Positions 53,712 to 62,697 of a stretch of DNA of 64,000 nucleotides are shown piece by piece. The DNA is taken from positions 1 to 64,000 of IMG/VR virus record IMGVR_UViG_3300045988_149331; one strand, given 5' to 3'. The stretch's first letter is position 1, and every line of letters starts with the position of its first letter. A program made the position numbers and the translations under genes. The stretch comes from a virus. The notes under the pieces are model-generated. The model was not told the origin of the DNA. It ran no database searches and worked only from the letters and a program-made list of their open reading frames with translations.

Positions 53712-54383
53712 CTAAAACCCGAACACCGTCAGCTGTCGAGGCGACAATTGATAGCGTTCGTTGTCGGAAAGATTAGTCTCGAGAATTTCACACGCCTTGA
53801 TGTCGGTAGCGACATTGGCGTACTCACGGACCTTATCGTTGTACTCCTGGCGGCACTTACGCATTTCGGGAGTAACAGGGTTCTCCTGCTCTTCGCCGGC
53901 AATGAGCGATCCTGCAACTTTAGGACCTTCACAGAGGTCGCATGCCTGCCACGAGAAGATGCGGAACGGAAAATCCATCTTGATCTCCGCAGTCCACCAG
54001 GGCGGAACGGTCTCGGTAGGAGCCCCGCCGCAGTCTTCGAGTTTGCTCTCGATTTCAGCCGTCAGGACTTGGAGTTTAGCGTTCAGCGGCGGAAGAATAT
54101 CGGCCTTCAGTTTAGCCTTGATTTCCTTGCCCAGTTTGCCGAACTTGATGTTAGAATCGTAGCTGATGGCGTTCATGATGTCCGATTTCTCGATCTCGCC
54201 CTGAAGAGCCACGTCGCTATCGCCGGACTCAGCCTTTTCGATAGCCCCGGCCATCTTCTCGAAAACGTTATCAGCCTTTTCGACCTTTTCCTCAGGGTCT
54301 TCGGAAACCGGAGCGAAGCCCTTCAGCATGTGCTCTTGACGCTCAGCGCGAACGCCAAGAATGATATCACGAATGTTTTCCAT
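53712..54383 (-). CDS. hypothetical acidic protein
   Basis: 223-aa ORF. Confidence 0.55.
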   Translation of the reverse strand: MENIRDIILGVRAERQEHMLKGFAPVSEDPEEKVEKADNVFEKMAGAIEKAESGDSDVALQGEIEKSDIMNAISYDSNIKFGKLGKEIKAKLKADILPPLNAKLQVLTAEIESKLEDCGGAPTETVPPWWTAEIKMDFPFRIFSWQACDLCEGPKVAGSLIAGEEQENPVTPEMRKCRQEYNDKVREYANVATDIKACEILETNLSDNERYQLSPRQLTVFGF

Positions 54384-54567
54384 CGCTCACTTCGGTTTTT
54401 GCGGCTCGCGCCTTTACGTAATTAACCCACGCCCAGTGTGCCACCACGCCCGCCGTGAACGAGCCAATAGCCACCAACGTGTGAATGATCTTCGCCTCAT
54501 GGGCGTACACTACCGCAGCCACGACAAGCGCGACAACGATAATAAGAATCCACATCCATTTCTTCAT
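54367..54567 (-). CDS. small two-TM membrane protein (holin-like topology)
   Basis: 'WMWILIIVVALVVAAVVYA' and 'LVAIGSFTAGVVAHWAWV'. Confidence 0.45.
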   Translation of the reverse strand: MKKWMWILIIVVALVVAAVVYAHEAKIIHTLVAIGSFTAGVVAHWAWVNYVKARAAKTEVSDGKHS

Positions 54568-54586
54568 ACTACTATAATTTTGGTTG

Positions 54587-55579
54587 TTACTTAATCAACA
54601 TTCCGTAGAAATCCTCAAGTGTGTATGCCTTTTTATAGTTGTAAGAATCCTTCGTATTGGCCACTTCTTCAGCCATTGCTACGAGCAGTTCTTCTTGGCG
54701 CGGCCCGTACACTGAAGGCGACAGCCAGGTTAATTTTACGTTGAACAGAATCTGACCTATCTCGTCAGTGCTTAACGGCGCACCCAAGAATTTCTCGAAC
54801 TTGGACTGAATCCACAGCGCCAGTTTCGTCGAGACATATTCTTGGAAATAAGTCGGCGATACGAGTCGGCCGTTGAATTCTTGTTTCAGCGATTCGATAA
54901 AACGGTTGAACGCCTTATCACCAAATCCGCGCCGCACCTTGGGGATATTATCCGACTTATCACCCATCAGCACCTTGTACAGCAACACCTCCATCGCTTC
55001 AGTATTGAGGACCTGGATGTCGGCATCCAACAGATCGTTCCACAGCGATTCTTTACCGGGGAAACAGTAAAATTTCATGAACTTGGAGTTGTAGTTGAAC
55101 ACCGAAACCGTTGGCGTTATCAACTGGCGAATATCGCTATCGGCCGTGAGGATGACTGTTTCTTCGCCGGGGAGTTCGTCCAGCGCAAAGGCCCACAACA
55201 TCATCAGGTCGTCGCCTTCAGCGCCCGGTACGCGCGTAACGATCAACCCGCGTTTACGCAGCAGGCTTTCCAGTTCGCCCAACACCTCGATGAACGCATC
55301 ACTCCACGGCTCCTTTACCTTGGTGAGTGCGTACTTGTAGTCGTCATATACGTCACGACGCCACGAATGAGAGTCAATCACCACTATCACGCGATGAACG
55401 TTATCGCCAAAACGGCGTACCGCGGCGCAAAGATTCATCACGCACTTACGGATCAGCACCTGGCGTTTTTCCGGGTCATCCAAGACCTCTGTTAAATCTT
55501 GACCCCGGTAGTACGTGGACCACACTGAAAACGACAGGTGGTACAGGAAATTGCCGTCAAATACGAGATTAATCTTCAT
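54587..55579 (-). CDS. FEN-type 5'-3' exonuclease / flap endonuclease (T4 RNase H-like)
   Basis: 'LVFDGNFLYH', 'WRRDVYDDYK', 'GAEGDDLMM', 'LTADSDIRQL'. Confidence 0.7.
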   Translation of the reverse strand: MKINLVFDGNFLYHLSFSVWSTYYRGQDLTEVLDDPEKRQVLIRKCVMNLCAAVRRFGDNVHRVIVVIDSHSWRRDVYDDYKYALTKVKEPWSDAFIEVLGELESLLRKRGLIVTRVPGAEGDDLMMLWAFALDELPGEETVILTADSDIRQLITPTVSVFNYNSKFMKFYCFPGKESLWNDLLDADIQVLNTEAMEVLLYKVLMGDKSDNIPKVRRGFGDKAFNRFIESLKQEFNGRLVSPTYFQEYVSTKLALWIQSKFEKFLGAPLSTDEIGQILFNVKLTWLSPSVYGPRQEELLVAMAEEVANTKDSYNYKKAYTLEDFYGMLIK

Positions 55580-56466
55580 CGCGCTAACTGGTTAAGGTTG
55601 GTATTTTCGGCGGTGAGTCCCGCCTTGGAGATAGTAACGTTGCGGCCGTCTTCCATCCCCTGTCGCATCGCTTGGTAGCTACCAATGTGCTCCGGGCGGG
55701 CCTTGCCTAATTTAGGATATTTCTCAGCCAGGTAGTCGTCGAGTTTCTTGTCGGTACGCAACAACAGCGCGTTGACCTGGACCTGGGCTTGAAGTTCGCG
55801 GTCGCGCTCCTCTTTGAGTTTCTGCTGAACACCTTTGGCTGCGCCAGCAAGGTACGACCGCAAGAACGTACCGCGGTGCATTTTCTTTTCGCCAACGAAA
55901 AGCCGCATCACCGCTTGAGTGTCGTCGTTACGGTATTCCTCGTAACGCTTCAACGCCAACTTATAAAGATTGGCGGCCAATACGTCGAACAGCCACTTTA
56001 CGACCTGGATGTTCTGCGGCTCACCGATGACGATGTAACGACGGCGGTTTTCCCATACCTCACGACCATTACGATTCGTACGATAAACGTGCGTATTACT
56101 AATCAGCACATAACAGAAATTGTACTTACAAATTCCGTACAACAGGAGCTGGTCCCACGAACCGCCACACTTACGCTGCCAGTTGTCGCCCAAACGTTCT
56201 TCGATAACGTCAGTCTTTTGCTCGTTGTCGGCAACCGATTCAACGTCAGCCATCGAAAGGTTGTACTGAGTTAAGAGATTCTGAATTTTGGTAGCGGCAT
56301 TCTGTGCTTCGGCTTCGGAGTTGATAGCCTTGGCGCCTTCGTACAGACGCTGCAGTTTCTTCAGTTTTGAGAGGATCAAGTTGAGATCTTGAGTCTTTTC
56401 CATAACCAATTTTGTTTTACGATTCTTTTCAAGAGCGAAGGTACGTTGAAATTCCAAAATCTCCAA
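55576..56466 (-). CDS. DUF2786-like protein
   Basis: 'KKLQRLYEGAKAINSEAEAQNAATKIQNLLTQYNLSMADVE' fits the DUF2786 helix pattern. Confidence 0.45.
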   Translation of the reverse strand: MEILEFQRTFALEKNRKTKLVMEKTQDLNLILSKLKKLQRLYEGAKAINSEAEAQNAATKIQNLLTQYNLSMADVESVADNEQKTDVIEERLGDNWQRKCGGSWDQLLLYGICKYNFCYVLISNTHVYRTNRNGREVWENRRRYIVIGEPQNIQVVKWLFDVLAANLYKLALKRYEEYRNDDTQAVMRLFVGEKKMHRGTFLRSYLAGAAKGVQQKLKEERDRELQAQVQVNALLLRTDKKLDDYLAEKYPKLGKARPEHIGSYQAMRQGMEDGRNVTISKAGLTAENTNLNQLAR

Positions 56467-56482
56467 GAGAATTTCAAGAAAT

Positions 56483-56758
56483 TTAACAATCCATCACTAA
56501 ATTTCCCGCCAACTCCAACTCATACAACCGTTCAGCATCAGGCTTGGCGTAACAGAATATCAACTTTCCACCGCCCGCAGCCCGCAACGCTTTACGATAC
56601 GTCGCCTTGATGCGGGCCAACTCTTCGCTTCGGTAAAAATCGTAGTCGCTTACACACAACTCCCACCACCGCTCTTGCCGCGACGCCCAGGCTATGACTC
56701 CTGGGCGTTCGGCTTCAATCCGCTTTACAGCAGCTAATAACAGCGCGTCGTGTTTCAT
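56483..56758 (-). CDS. hypothetical protein
   Basis: 91-aa ORF. Confidence 0.5.
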   Translation of the reverse strand: MKHDALLLAAVKRIEAERPGVIAWASRQERWWELCVSDYDFYRSEELARIKATYRKALRAAGGGKLIFCYAKPDAERLYELELAGNLVMDC

Positions 56759-57342
56759 AACGTTTCGTCGATAGACTGCGCCAACTCAGCCAACAGCCTT
56801 ACGTGTACGCGCTCGTCGGCGATAATCTTGTTGAGGAGTTGAACCGCCAACGTAGAAGTAGTGGTCGGCGTAGGGTTGCCTGCTTGGATGCGCTGGATGA
56901 GTTTTTCGTACTCAGCGATGGTGTCCTGCTCGGCGCGAATATTGATCTGGATGGCTTCAGCCGCGCTTTCGGTCGTTATGTCCACTTTGGCTGCCGAAAA
57001 CACAGGCTTCGATACCGCGTGACCCAGATGGTGAATGAAGTCGCCTAATCGGTCGTAGTGCTTCATCTCGGTGAGGGCGATACCCAGGAACGTTTCGCCA
57101 ATCTGATCGAAAAGCATCCGCTGTTGGGTGTATTGGATGATGGCGGTGAGTTCGGACGTTCCGGTAATTCCGGCGTAGACTTTGTAGAACCACTCGGCCG
57201 GAACGCCGTCGTCGGCTTTAGCCTTGGAGATGTCGGGATAGTCAATCGCGTGGTCGGCGTAACGCATCGACTCTACCAGCGCGTCGGCCATGATTTCGAC
57301 GTTGTCCTGCTTGGCGGGTTGGTGTACGAGAATCGTTTTCAT
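56755..57342 (-). CDS. ferritin-fold di-metal protein, CotJC / Mn-catalase-like
   Basis: Four-helix pattern 'SELTAIIQYTQQRM', 'IALTEMKHYDRLGDFIHHLG', 'NIRAEQDTIAEYEKLI', 'IIADERVHVRLLAEL' (two E...ExxH pairs). 195 aa. Confidence 0.55.
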   Translation of the reverse strand: MKTILVHQPAKQDNVEIMADALVESMRYADHAIDYPDISKAKADDGVPAEWFYKVYAGITGTSELTAIIQYTQQRMLFDQIGETFLGIALTEMKHYDRLGDFIHHLGHAVSKPVFSAAKVDITTESAAEAIQINIRAEQDTIAEYEKLIQRIQAGNPTPTTTSTLAVQLLNKIIADERVHVRLLAELAQSIDETL

Positions 57343-57344
57343 GA

Positions 57345-57890
57345 CTATTTGGTTTCAGGTTCTTGGCTCTTGACGGTCGATCCCCATCCTGCTTCGCCGC
57401 GAGCGCTGGGCGTGAGTTCTTCGACGAGTGTAGGTTCAATCAACGGCGCAGGCACAATCACCAGCTGAGCAACGACGTCGCCCTTCTTGTACGCCTTACA
57501 TTCGTACGACAGCTCCCGCATTTTGAAGTCGGCGATAGTCCCTAAGACGTTGGAGAACAACACCGCCAAACACCGCGACATACGCTGCCACAGCGTGGGC
57601 ATGTGATAGATCTTTTTGTAGCGTACCAGCATCTCGCCACGGTACCCCGGGTCGATAATACCCGGCGCGTTACACATCACCAGGTCCATCTTCGACACGC
57701 GCGAGTTGGGGACCAGCAACCCGCTGTACCCTTTGGGAATTTCAACGGCGATTCCCGTCTGGTACTCGATGAAATCTTCGGTTTCGCGTACTCCAACGGC
57801 TACCAGGTCCAAGCCGTTATCCTCGCCATCGGCGTGGGCATACGCCGGCAACGTGGCGTTGGGGTTGAGTTTCTTGAATTTTACGTTCAT
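57345..57890 (-). CDS. dut: trimeric-type dUTPase with an internal insertion
   Basis: Five motifs present: 'NGLDLVA', 'PNSRVSK', 'GIIDPGYRGEM', 'VVAQLVI', 'RGEAGWGST'. Confidence 0.8.
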   Translation of the reverse strand: MNVKFKKLNPNATLPAYAHADGEDNGLDLVAVGVRETEDFIEYQTGIAVEIPKGYSGLLVPNSRVSKMDLVMCNAPGIIDPGYRGEMLVRYKKIYHMPTLWQRMSRCLAVLFSNVLGTIADFKMRELSYECKAYKKGDVVAQLVIVPAPLIEPTLVEELTPSARGEAGWGSTVKSQEPETK

Positions 57891-58702
57891 TTCTTGTATC
57901 CTTTTAAGTGTATTTTGACCTCGATCATCTCACGGTCCTTCATTTCACCACCCCAGTTGGTACACTTTTTGGTACGGAGGGTGATGTACTCGGGGAACGC
58001 TTCTCTTAAACGTTGTGATTCGGCGTTGGAGTTCTCGATCGTACGATAAATCGAACAACCACCAGCGGCGTTGGCTCCCGTCATTTTGTCGAACGAATAC
58101 TGATACGAGACGATATTATCCAACCCCGCGCGGCGTAATCCACACGCCACGGCGAAATCCTCCTTTATGGGCCAATCGCTGAACCTGACAGGCTGACTTA
58201 GATACTGGGCGATATTGAGGCCCCAAATGGAGAAGAACCGCCCGTTTATTTGTACGTCGTGTTCCTTGTCGCGGTTGAACGGACGGTATGAAAGCGCAGC
58301 CACGGCGTAGGTGTCTAACTGCTCAGCCACCCAGTCGAACATCATCTGGTAGATGTATTCCTGCGCCTCGACGGTGAAATTGTCGTTGTTTACGACCACA
58401 GGGGTCTTGGCATCGTCTAAACGCAACGAGAAAGACACGTTATCGTCTAAGAAAAAGACTCCTCCAAATCCCCTATCAACGGCCTCTACAACAATATAGT
58501 CCCGTATGTCCCCCACGCCGCGACACGCCGTACTGTATTCCTCGATACTGGCTACTTTTCCACCCCAGTTGCGCTGGTGAGCCGCCAACTCGCCGGGGTG
58601 ACAGAATATGTGGACGCGCTTCAACGCTTCAGGCGTCAACCGTTGAAGAGTTTTTTGGCGGTCAACACGACCTCGTGTGAATAAGGCTATCAGAGTTTTC
58701 AT
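57887..58702 (-). CDS. GT-A-like glycosyltransferase, paralog of 40172..40981
   Basis: 'LIALFTRGRVDRQKTL', 'VFFLDDNV', 'KMTGANAAGGCSIYRT...EAFP'. Confidence 0.5.
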   Translation of the reverse strand: MKTLIALFTRGRVDRQKTLQRLTPEALKRVHIFCHPGELAAHQRNWGGKVASIEEYSTACRGVGDIRDYIVVEAVDRGFGGVFFLDDNVSFSLRLDDAKTPVVVNNDNFTVEAQEYIYQMMFDWVAEQLDTYAVAALSYRPFNRDKEHDVQINGRFFSIWGLNIAQYLSQPVRFSDWPIKEDFAVACGLRRAGLDNIVSYQYSFDKMTGANAAGGCSIYRTIENSNAESQRLREAFPEYITLRTKKCTNWGGEMKDREMIEVKIHLKGYKK

Positions 58703-58721
58703 ACCACTTAAAACGATGGCG

Positions 58722-61442
58722 CTAACCTAACATGTCGAACTTAAATCCCGTCGTCATACGCGAAGCCGCCAAGTCAGCCAACCAGAACGAAGACGAAATA
58801 TCGTCATGACTGCCGACGCTCTCCAGCCCCTTTTCGGTGAAGGCTACTGAACCGAGGTCTTGGAAGATGAGGTCCTTGACCTGCTGTGAATAGACGTTCC
58901 CCACCGGGATGTGAATCTTACCGCGTTCGAACAGCGTCGATAGGTGGGGCCATCCGGTCTTGAGGTCATATTTGTCGATTCCAGTTGTATGGCCGATGAC
59001 GGGCATCCCTTCGGTATCAGCTGTTTCGACGAATATCTGCTGAAAGGTGTTATTCTCCATCACGATCAGGTCAGGCCGGAAACGGGAATTTATACGCCGC
59101 AAGACATTCATCTGCTCGAAGAACTTGGCGCCTTTTTCGCGGTAAAGGTGAAGCAGCCAACGCTCATCAGTCAGTTCGTCAATACCCCACACGCTGAATA
59201 CCGCGTAGTCAGCGCCGACGTTGGCTGAAATAGCGAAGTCACAGCCAACGACTACCTTGGAGAACTTGATGGGGAACTCTTCGCGTGAATCCACCAGCGT
59301 GTATTTCTCCATCCTCAGCAGCGACCGCGTGAGAATTTCCATCGGGAAAATAGACGATTCGTTGGTGATCGGGCGGCAAAGGTTCTCGCGCGAGAAGATG
59401 ATCGACCCCTGGGTCTCCTTTTTATCCATCAGATCCTTAAACGACCAACGCTGCGGCCACAATATTCGCCCGTTGGGGAAGATGGCCGGATATTCGATAA
59501 CGAACCAACCGTTCTTGGTCTTCAGGTCGCCATAAAGGTCTTCAGCGTGAAACGGTGTACCGACGACGATAATTTGGCCGCCAGGTACGAGCATGTTCAT
59601 AATTACGGAGTGGAAATAGTCGGTGGATTTGTTCCGTTGGAGAGCCGAATAGATGACGTTATCCTTCAGACCATCATCGACGATAATCCAGTACGGGTGA
59701 GCGCCACGCACCGAAGAACCAAAACCCTTGCCTGTCAAACGCGCGCCGTTACGGCACACTATATTGGTAGCTGACCAGTTGGCTGACGTTGACTGAGGAT
59801 AGAGTCGTTCCTTCAAGATTTCGTTTTCCTCGATGGTACCCTTCAGAATCTCCAAAAGGTCAACGCTCTGTTGTAACGAGAACGAAAACAGAAATCCGCG
59901 GTTCGACGACGCCACGGTGGGACGCTTCGAATAACGAACGCTTGACGGCTTTTTGTAGCGGTACAACTGCCACGCTGCGTAGGCGTTGGAGAAGTAGAAC
60001 GAGTTGTGAGCAACCGTTCCGTCGCCCAGTACGAAGCGATGGTCGCCATCGGTGGTGATCGAGACATATTCCCCTTCGCCAACAGGCGTGATCTTCAACG
60101 ACGATACCACCGTAGGGTGAACACCATCGATAGTTCCCCAGTCTTTGTGTGACGTCTTGGTAGACCAGTCGGTTTGGACCTTTTTACGGGCTATTTTCAC
60201 GGGGATTCGATCCAGTTCGCCAGAAATAGTTACACACCACGACGAATAGTCACGCCCTAACGCCTTACAATACCGCGTTCCACCGCCCATTCGCGTACAG
60301 AAGCCAAGACTGTCGGCCAGGTTCTTCACGTCACACACCAGCTGGTAGTTCGTATTACCGAAGTGATAGCCACCCTGCCAGTAGTTACCGTCGGAATCGA
60401 TCAACCCAGCCAACACCTGGAGGCGGACTGCTTCGCTGTTGACGAGATACTGCTCTGGAATGTGTTTATTGTAAAGCAGGTTGTAGCCCTTCAACACCCT
60501 TTCAATCGGGTTACGCTTACCGCGACCCCGAACGCCGACTCCAAGCGTCACGACAAGTCCCTTTTGGCTGTAGCGAAGCCCCGTGCGCTCGGCGTAGCCG
60601 CGGAGATATTCACGCACTTCAGGGTCGGCGGTGGTGATCTTCTGGTTGTTGGAGTTGCCGTCACCTAACCAGTACCCCAAGAAATACGGCTCCAACGTCA
60701 CAGGCCGTGCTGGATATTGTACCGCTACCTTGAAACCACGATAACGTTCCTTGATCCAGTTGGGGGTCTTACTTAACAGGGTCGGCATATCAATGTCCAC
60801 TATCCGCTTCGACGCTGTATCGATGGAGCCGTTGCGGTCCTTTTCGATCAGCGTACAAATGTGACGCGAATTGACCGTGTAACTATCACCGCGCGACTGG
60901 TCGATACGGTACATCGTGGAATCGTGACCGCGGTGCGTAGCCACCACACGGCGTGGTGTAGAGTTGATACCCATCAACAGATCGCCAACCACAACGTCTT
61001 CTACCCTCTTGATGGTTCCGTCGTACATCCTCACTGGTGTTCCAACAGCCTCACATTTCCCGTGGTCACGAGCAGCGTTGATACACAGTTTCTTGTGCTG
61101 GTGAACTAAATCGCCCCACTCCAGGTGGTGCCACGATAGTTGAAAGTCGGGGATAACGGAAGTGATGAAATACGTCAAATTGGCACACCGCAGCGTGTCT
61201 TCCACCACGGCAGAAATATTCTCTTCATAGCGCGGCTTAAAGTCGATCGACGCGTCACCTGTGTACATCACCTTGTAGGTGTCTTCCATCAACGCCGCGA
61301 ATATATCGTCAACATCGTGTGAGTCGCCACTCATCAACTCATTCAGTCCGCGCTCATCCAGCCCCTCGATTATTTCATCAACGAGGTCCAGGCACGCCAA
61401 ACGGTGCGTCACCGACGGCGATATAATAGTGTCTAAACCCAT
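58722..61442 (-). CDS. terL: terminase large subunit interrupted by an intein
   Basis: Exteins join to give Walker A 'AARDHGK|S'. Walker B 'YWIIVDDG'. C-terminal nuclease-like part 'VVVGCDFAIS'. 906 aa minus the 351-aa intein leaves 555 aa. Confidence 0.85.
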   Translation of the reverse strand: MGLDTIISPSVTHRLACLDLVDEIIEGLDERGLNELMSGDSHDVDDIFAALMEDTYKVMYTGDASIDFKPRYEENISAVVEDTLRCANLTYFITSVIPDFQLSWHHLEWGDLVHQHKKLCINAARDHGKCEAVGTPVRMYDGTIKRVEDVVVGDLLMGINSTPRRVVATHRGHDSTMYRIDQSRGDSYTVNSRHICTLIEKDRNGSIDTASKRIVDIDMPTLLSKTPNWIKERYRGFKVAVQYPARPVTLEPYFLGYWLGDGNSNNQKITTADPEVREYLRGYAERTGLRYSQKGLVVTLGVGVRGRGKRNPIERVLKGYNLLYNKHIPEQYLVNSEAVRLQVLAGLIDSDGNYWQGGYHFGNTNYQLVCDVKNLADSLGFCTRMGGGTRYCKALGRDYSSWCVTISGELDRIPVKIARKKVQTDWSTKTSHKDWGTIDGVHPTVVSSLKITPVGEGEYVSITTDGDHRFVLGDGTVAHNSFYFSNAYAAWQLYRYKKPSSVRYSKRPTVASSNRGFLFSFSLQQSVDLLEILKGTIEENEILKERLYPQSTSANWSATNIVCRNGARLTGKGFGSSVRGAHPYWIIVDDGLKDNVIYSALQRNKSTDYFHSVIMNMLVPGGQIIVVGTPFHAEDLYGDLKTKNGWFVIEYPAIFPNGRILWPQRWSFKDLMDKKETQGSIIFSRENLCRPITNESSIFPMEILTRSLLRMEKYTLVDSREEFPIKFSKVVVGCDFAISANVGADYAVFSVWGIDELTDERWLLHLYREKGAKFFEQMNVLRRINSRFRPDLIVMENNTFQQIFVETADTEGMPVIGHTTGIDKYDLKTGWPHLSTLFERGKIHIPVGNVYSQQVKDLIFQDLGSVAFTEKGLESVGSHDDISSSFWLADLAASRMTTGFKFDMLG
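60003..61055 (-). mobile_element. intein with a LAGLIDADG homing endonuclease domain (aa 130-480 of TerL)
   Basis: Starts with Cys (TGT at 61055..61053, after Lys). Block B 'NSRH'. Two dodecapeptides, 'LGYWLGDGN' and 'LAGLIDSDGN'. Ends 'VAHN' (AAC at 60005..60003) followed by Ser +1. Confidence 0.9.
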
Positions 61443-61463
61443 ATCTGTACCTTAAAAGGCAAC

Positions 61464-61490
61464 GCCGGAAGGGTTTTTAATCCCTCCGGC
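61464..61490 (-). promoter_or_regulatory. stem-loop upstream of terL
   Basis: GCCGGAGGG-ATTAAAAA-CCCTTCCGGC (one bulge) in the 70-nt spacer. The following T tract is weak. Confidence 0.35.
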
Positions 61491-61512
61491 ATTACCTGTC
61501 ATACAACAAAAC

Positions 61513-61989
61513 TCATCTCTTCACCTCCAGCGCCGTGGTGAGGTATTTCTCCATCTCGAGCGATTCACGCTGGTAGACTTCCTCGGGGTAGTCTTCCAGC
61601 AACAACCGCTTATAGCCTTCAACGGCATTACCCAGTAGCTGGGCGAGTTGTATGATTTTAGCCTTGTAGACCGCCGCACGGTCATCGGGGCTGAAGGCGA
61701 AGCAGAATTTTGTCTTGTTAGCGTCGAAGAATTTGACGTAGTTAAACGCGCTGAGCGTTTCAAGTAGTTCGAGTGCCGTGCGGTGCGACAGCGTTGTCTT
61801 TTTGACTACCTCGGTACGTGTGTAAGGCCGCTGGGCCGACATTTCAAGTTCCAGATGGTCCTTATTCAGAATACGAAGCAATTCGAGAGCCTTGGTGAAA
61901 GCCAATTGGCGATTTTCGTCTTGCTCGGTGAACTTTTGTGCCGCTGCTACCTCTTCGGGCGTTTGAGCGGCTTGTTTCTTATCTGCCAT
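61513..61989 (-). CDS. hypothetical protein, possible small terminase subunit (position only)
   Basis: 158 aa immediately upstream of terL, with a helix-turn-helix-like segment 'TLSHRTALELLETL'. Confidence 0.3.
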   Translation of the reverse strand: MADKKQAAQTPEEVAAAQKFTEQDENRQLAFTKALELLRILNKDHLELEMSAQRPYTRTEVVKKTTLSHRTALELLETLSAFNYVKFFDANKTKFCFAFSPDDRAAVYKAKIIQLAQLLGNAVEGYKRLLLEDYPEEVYQRESLEMEKYLTTALEVKR

Positions 61990-62668
61990 TTTGTTTTACG
62001 GTTTCTCGTTTTATAGTTGGAAATAATTCTCCCGTAAACCGAACCATCGTGCGCTGGAGATGGGCGAAAATGTCTTCCGGTTTGAGGTGGAGTTCTTGTA
62101 ACAACACCCGTTCCATCGTAATCAGTCCCTCGGTGTCAGGCAGACGATACACAACGTCGAAATTGTATTTTCCGTCGTGAGGATCGCGATAAATGGTGAC
62201 GATCTTCACCTCGATGATTTCGATAGGCCCTTCTGCGCCCGTGATAATGTAACGCGAATCGCCAATTTGAGGGAGAATGTTGCCCTTAACGCGAATTGCC
62301 TTTCCGTTCTGGTTGACGTCGCGCGGGGGGGTTACATGTTTTTGCCTTGAAGTAGCACGTTTCGCGCGGCTGTAGTCTTGATTCTCCAACCAAACCTGCG
62401 CCGCCAATTTATCGAGATCAGGGATAGTGGCGGAGGTGGGGACGTAACGATATCTGATCGTTGACTTCACGCCTTCGCGTTGGATAATACCCACGCTGGA
62501 AAGTACTTTGAACAGCGCCGGCGATACCTTGGGGCTGATGCCGTTCTTAGTGAGGATAGCACCAAACGACGCGCCAGGTTCCATCACACTAACCCATTTG
62601 TTGAGCGAACGTTCTAAGATGTCGGCAATGGCCGCCTTGACGCCTTTTTCGAAAAGTTCTTGTTTCAT
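61979..62668 (-). CDS. hypothetical protein
   Basis: 229-aa ORF. Confidence 0.55.
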   Translation of the reverse strand: MKQELFEKGVKAAIADILERSLNKWVSVMEPGASFGAILTKNGISPKVSPALFKVLSSVGIIQREGVKSTIRYRYVPTSATIPDLDKLAAQVWLENQDYSRAKRATSRQKHVTPPRDVNQNGKAIRVKGNILPQIGDSRYIITGAEGPIEIIEVKIVTIYRDPHDGKYNFDVVYRLPDTEGLITMERVLLQELHLKPEDIFAHLQRTMVRFTGELFPTIKRETVKQNGR

Positions 62669-62697
62669 CGTTGTACAGTTTTGTTGTTAGACACACT

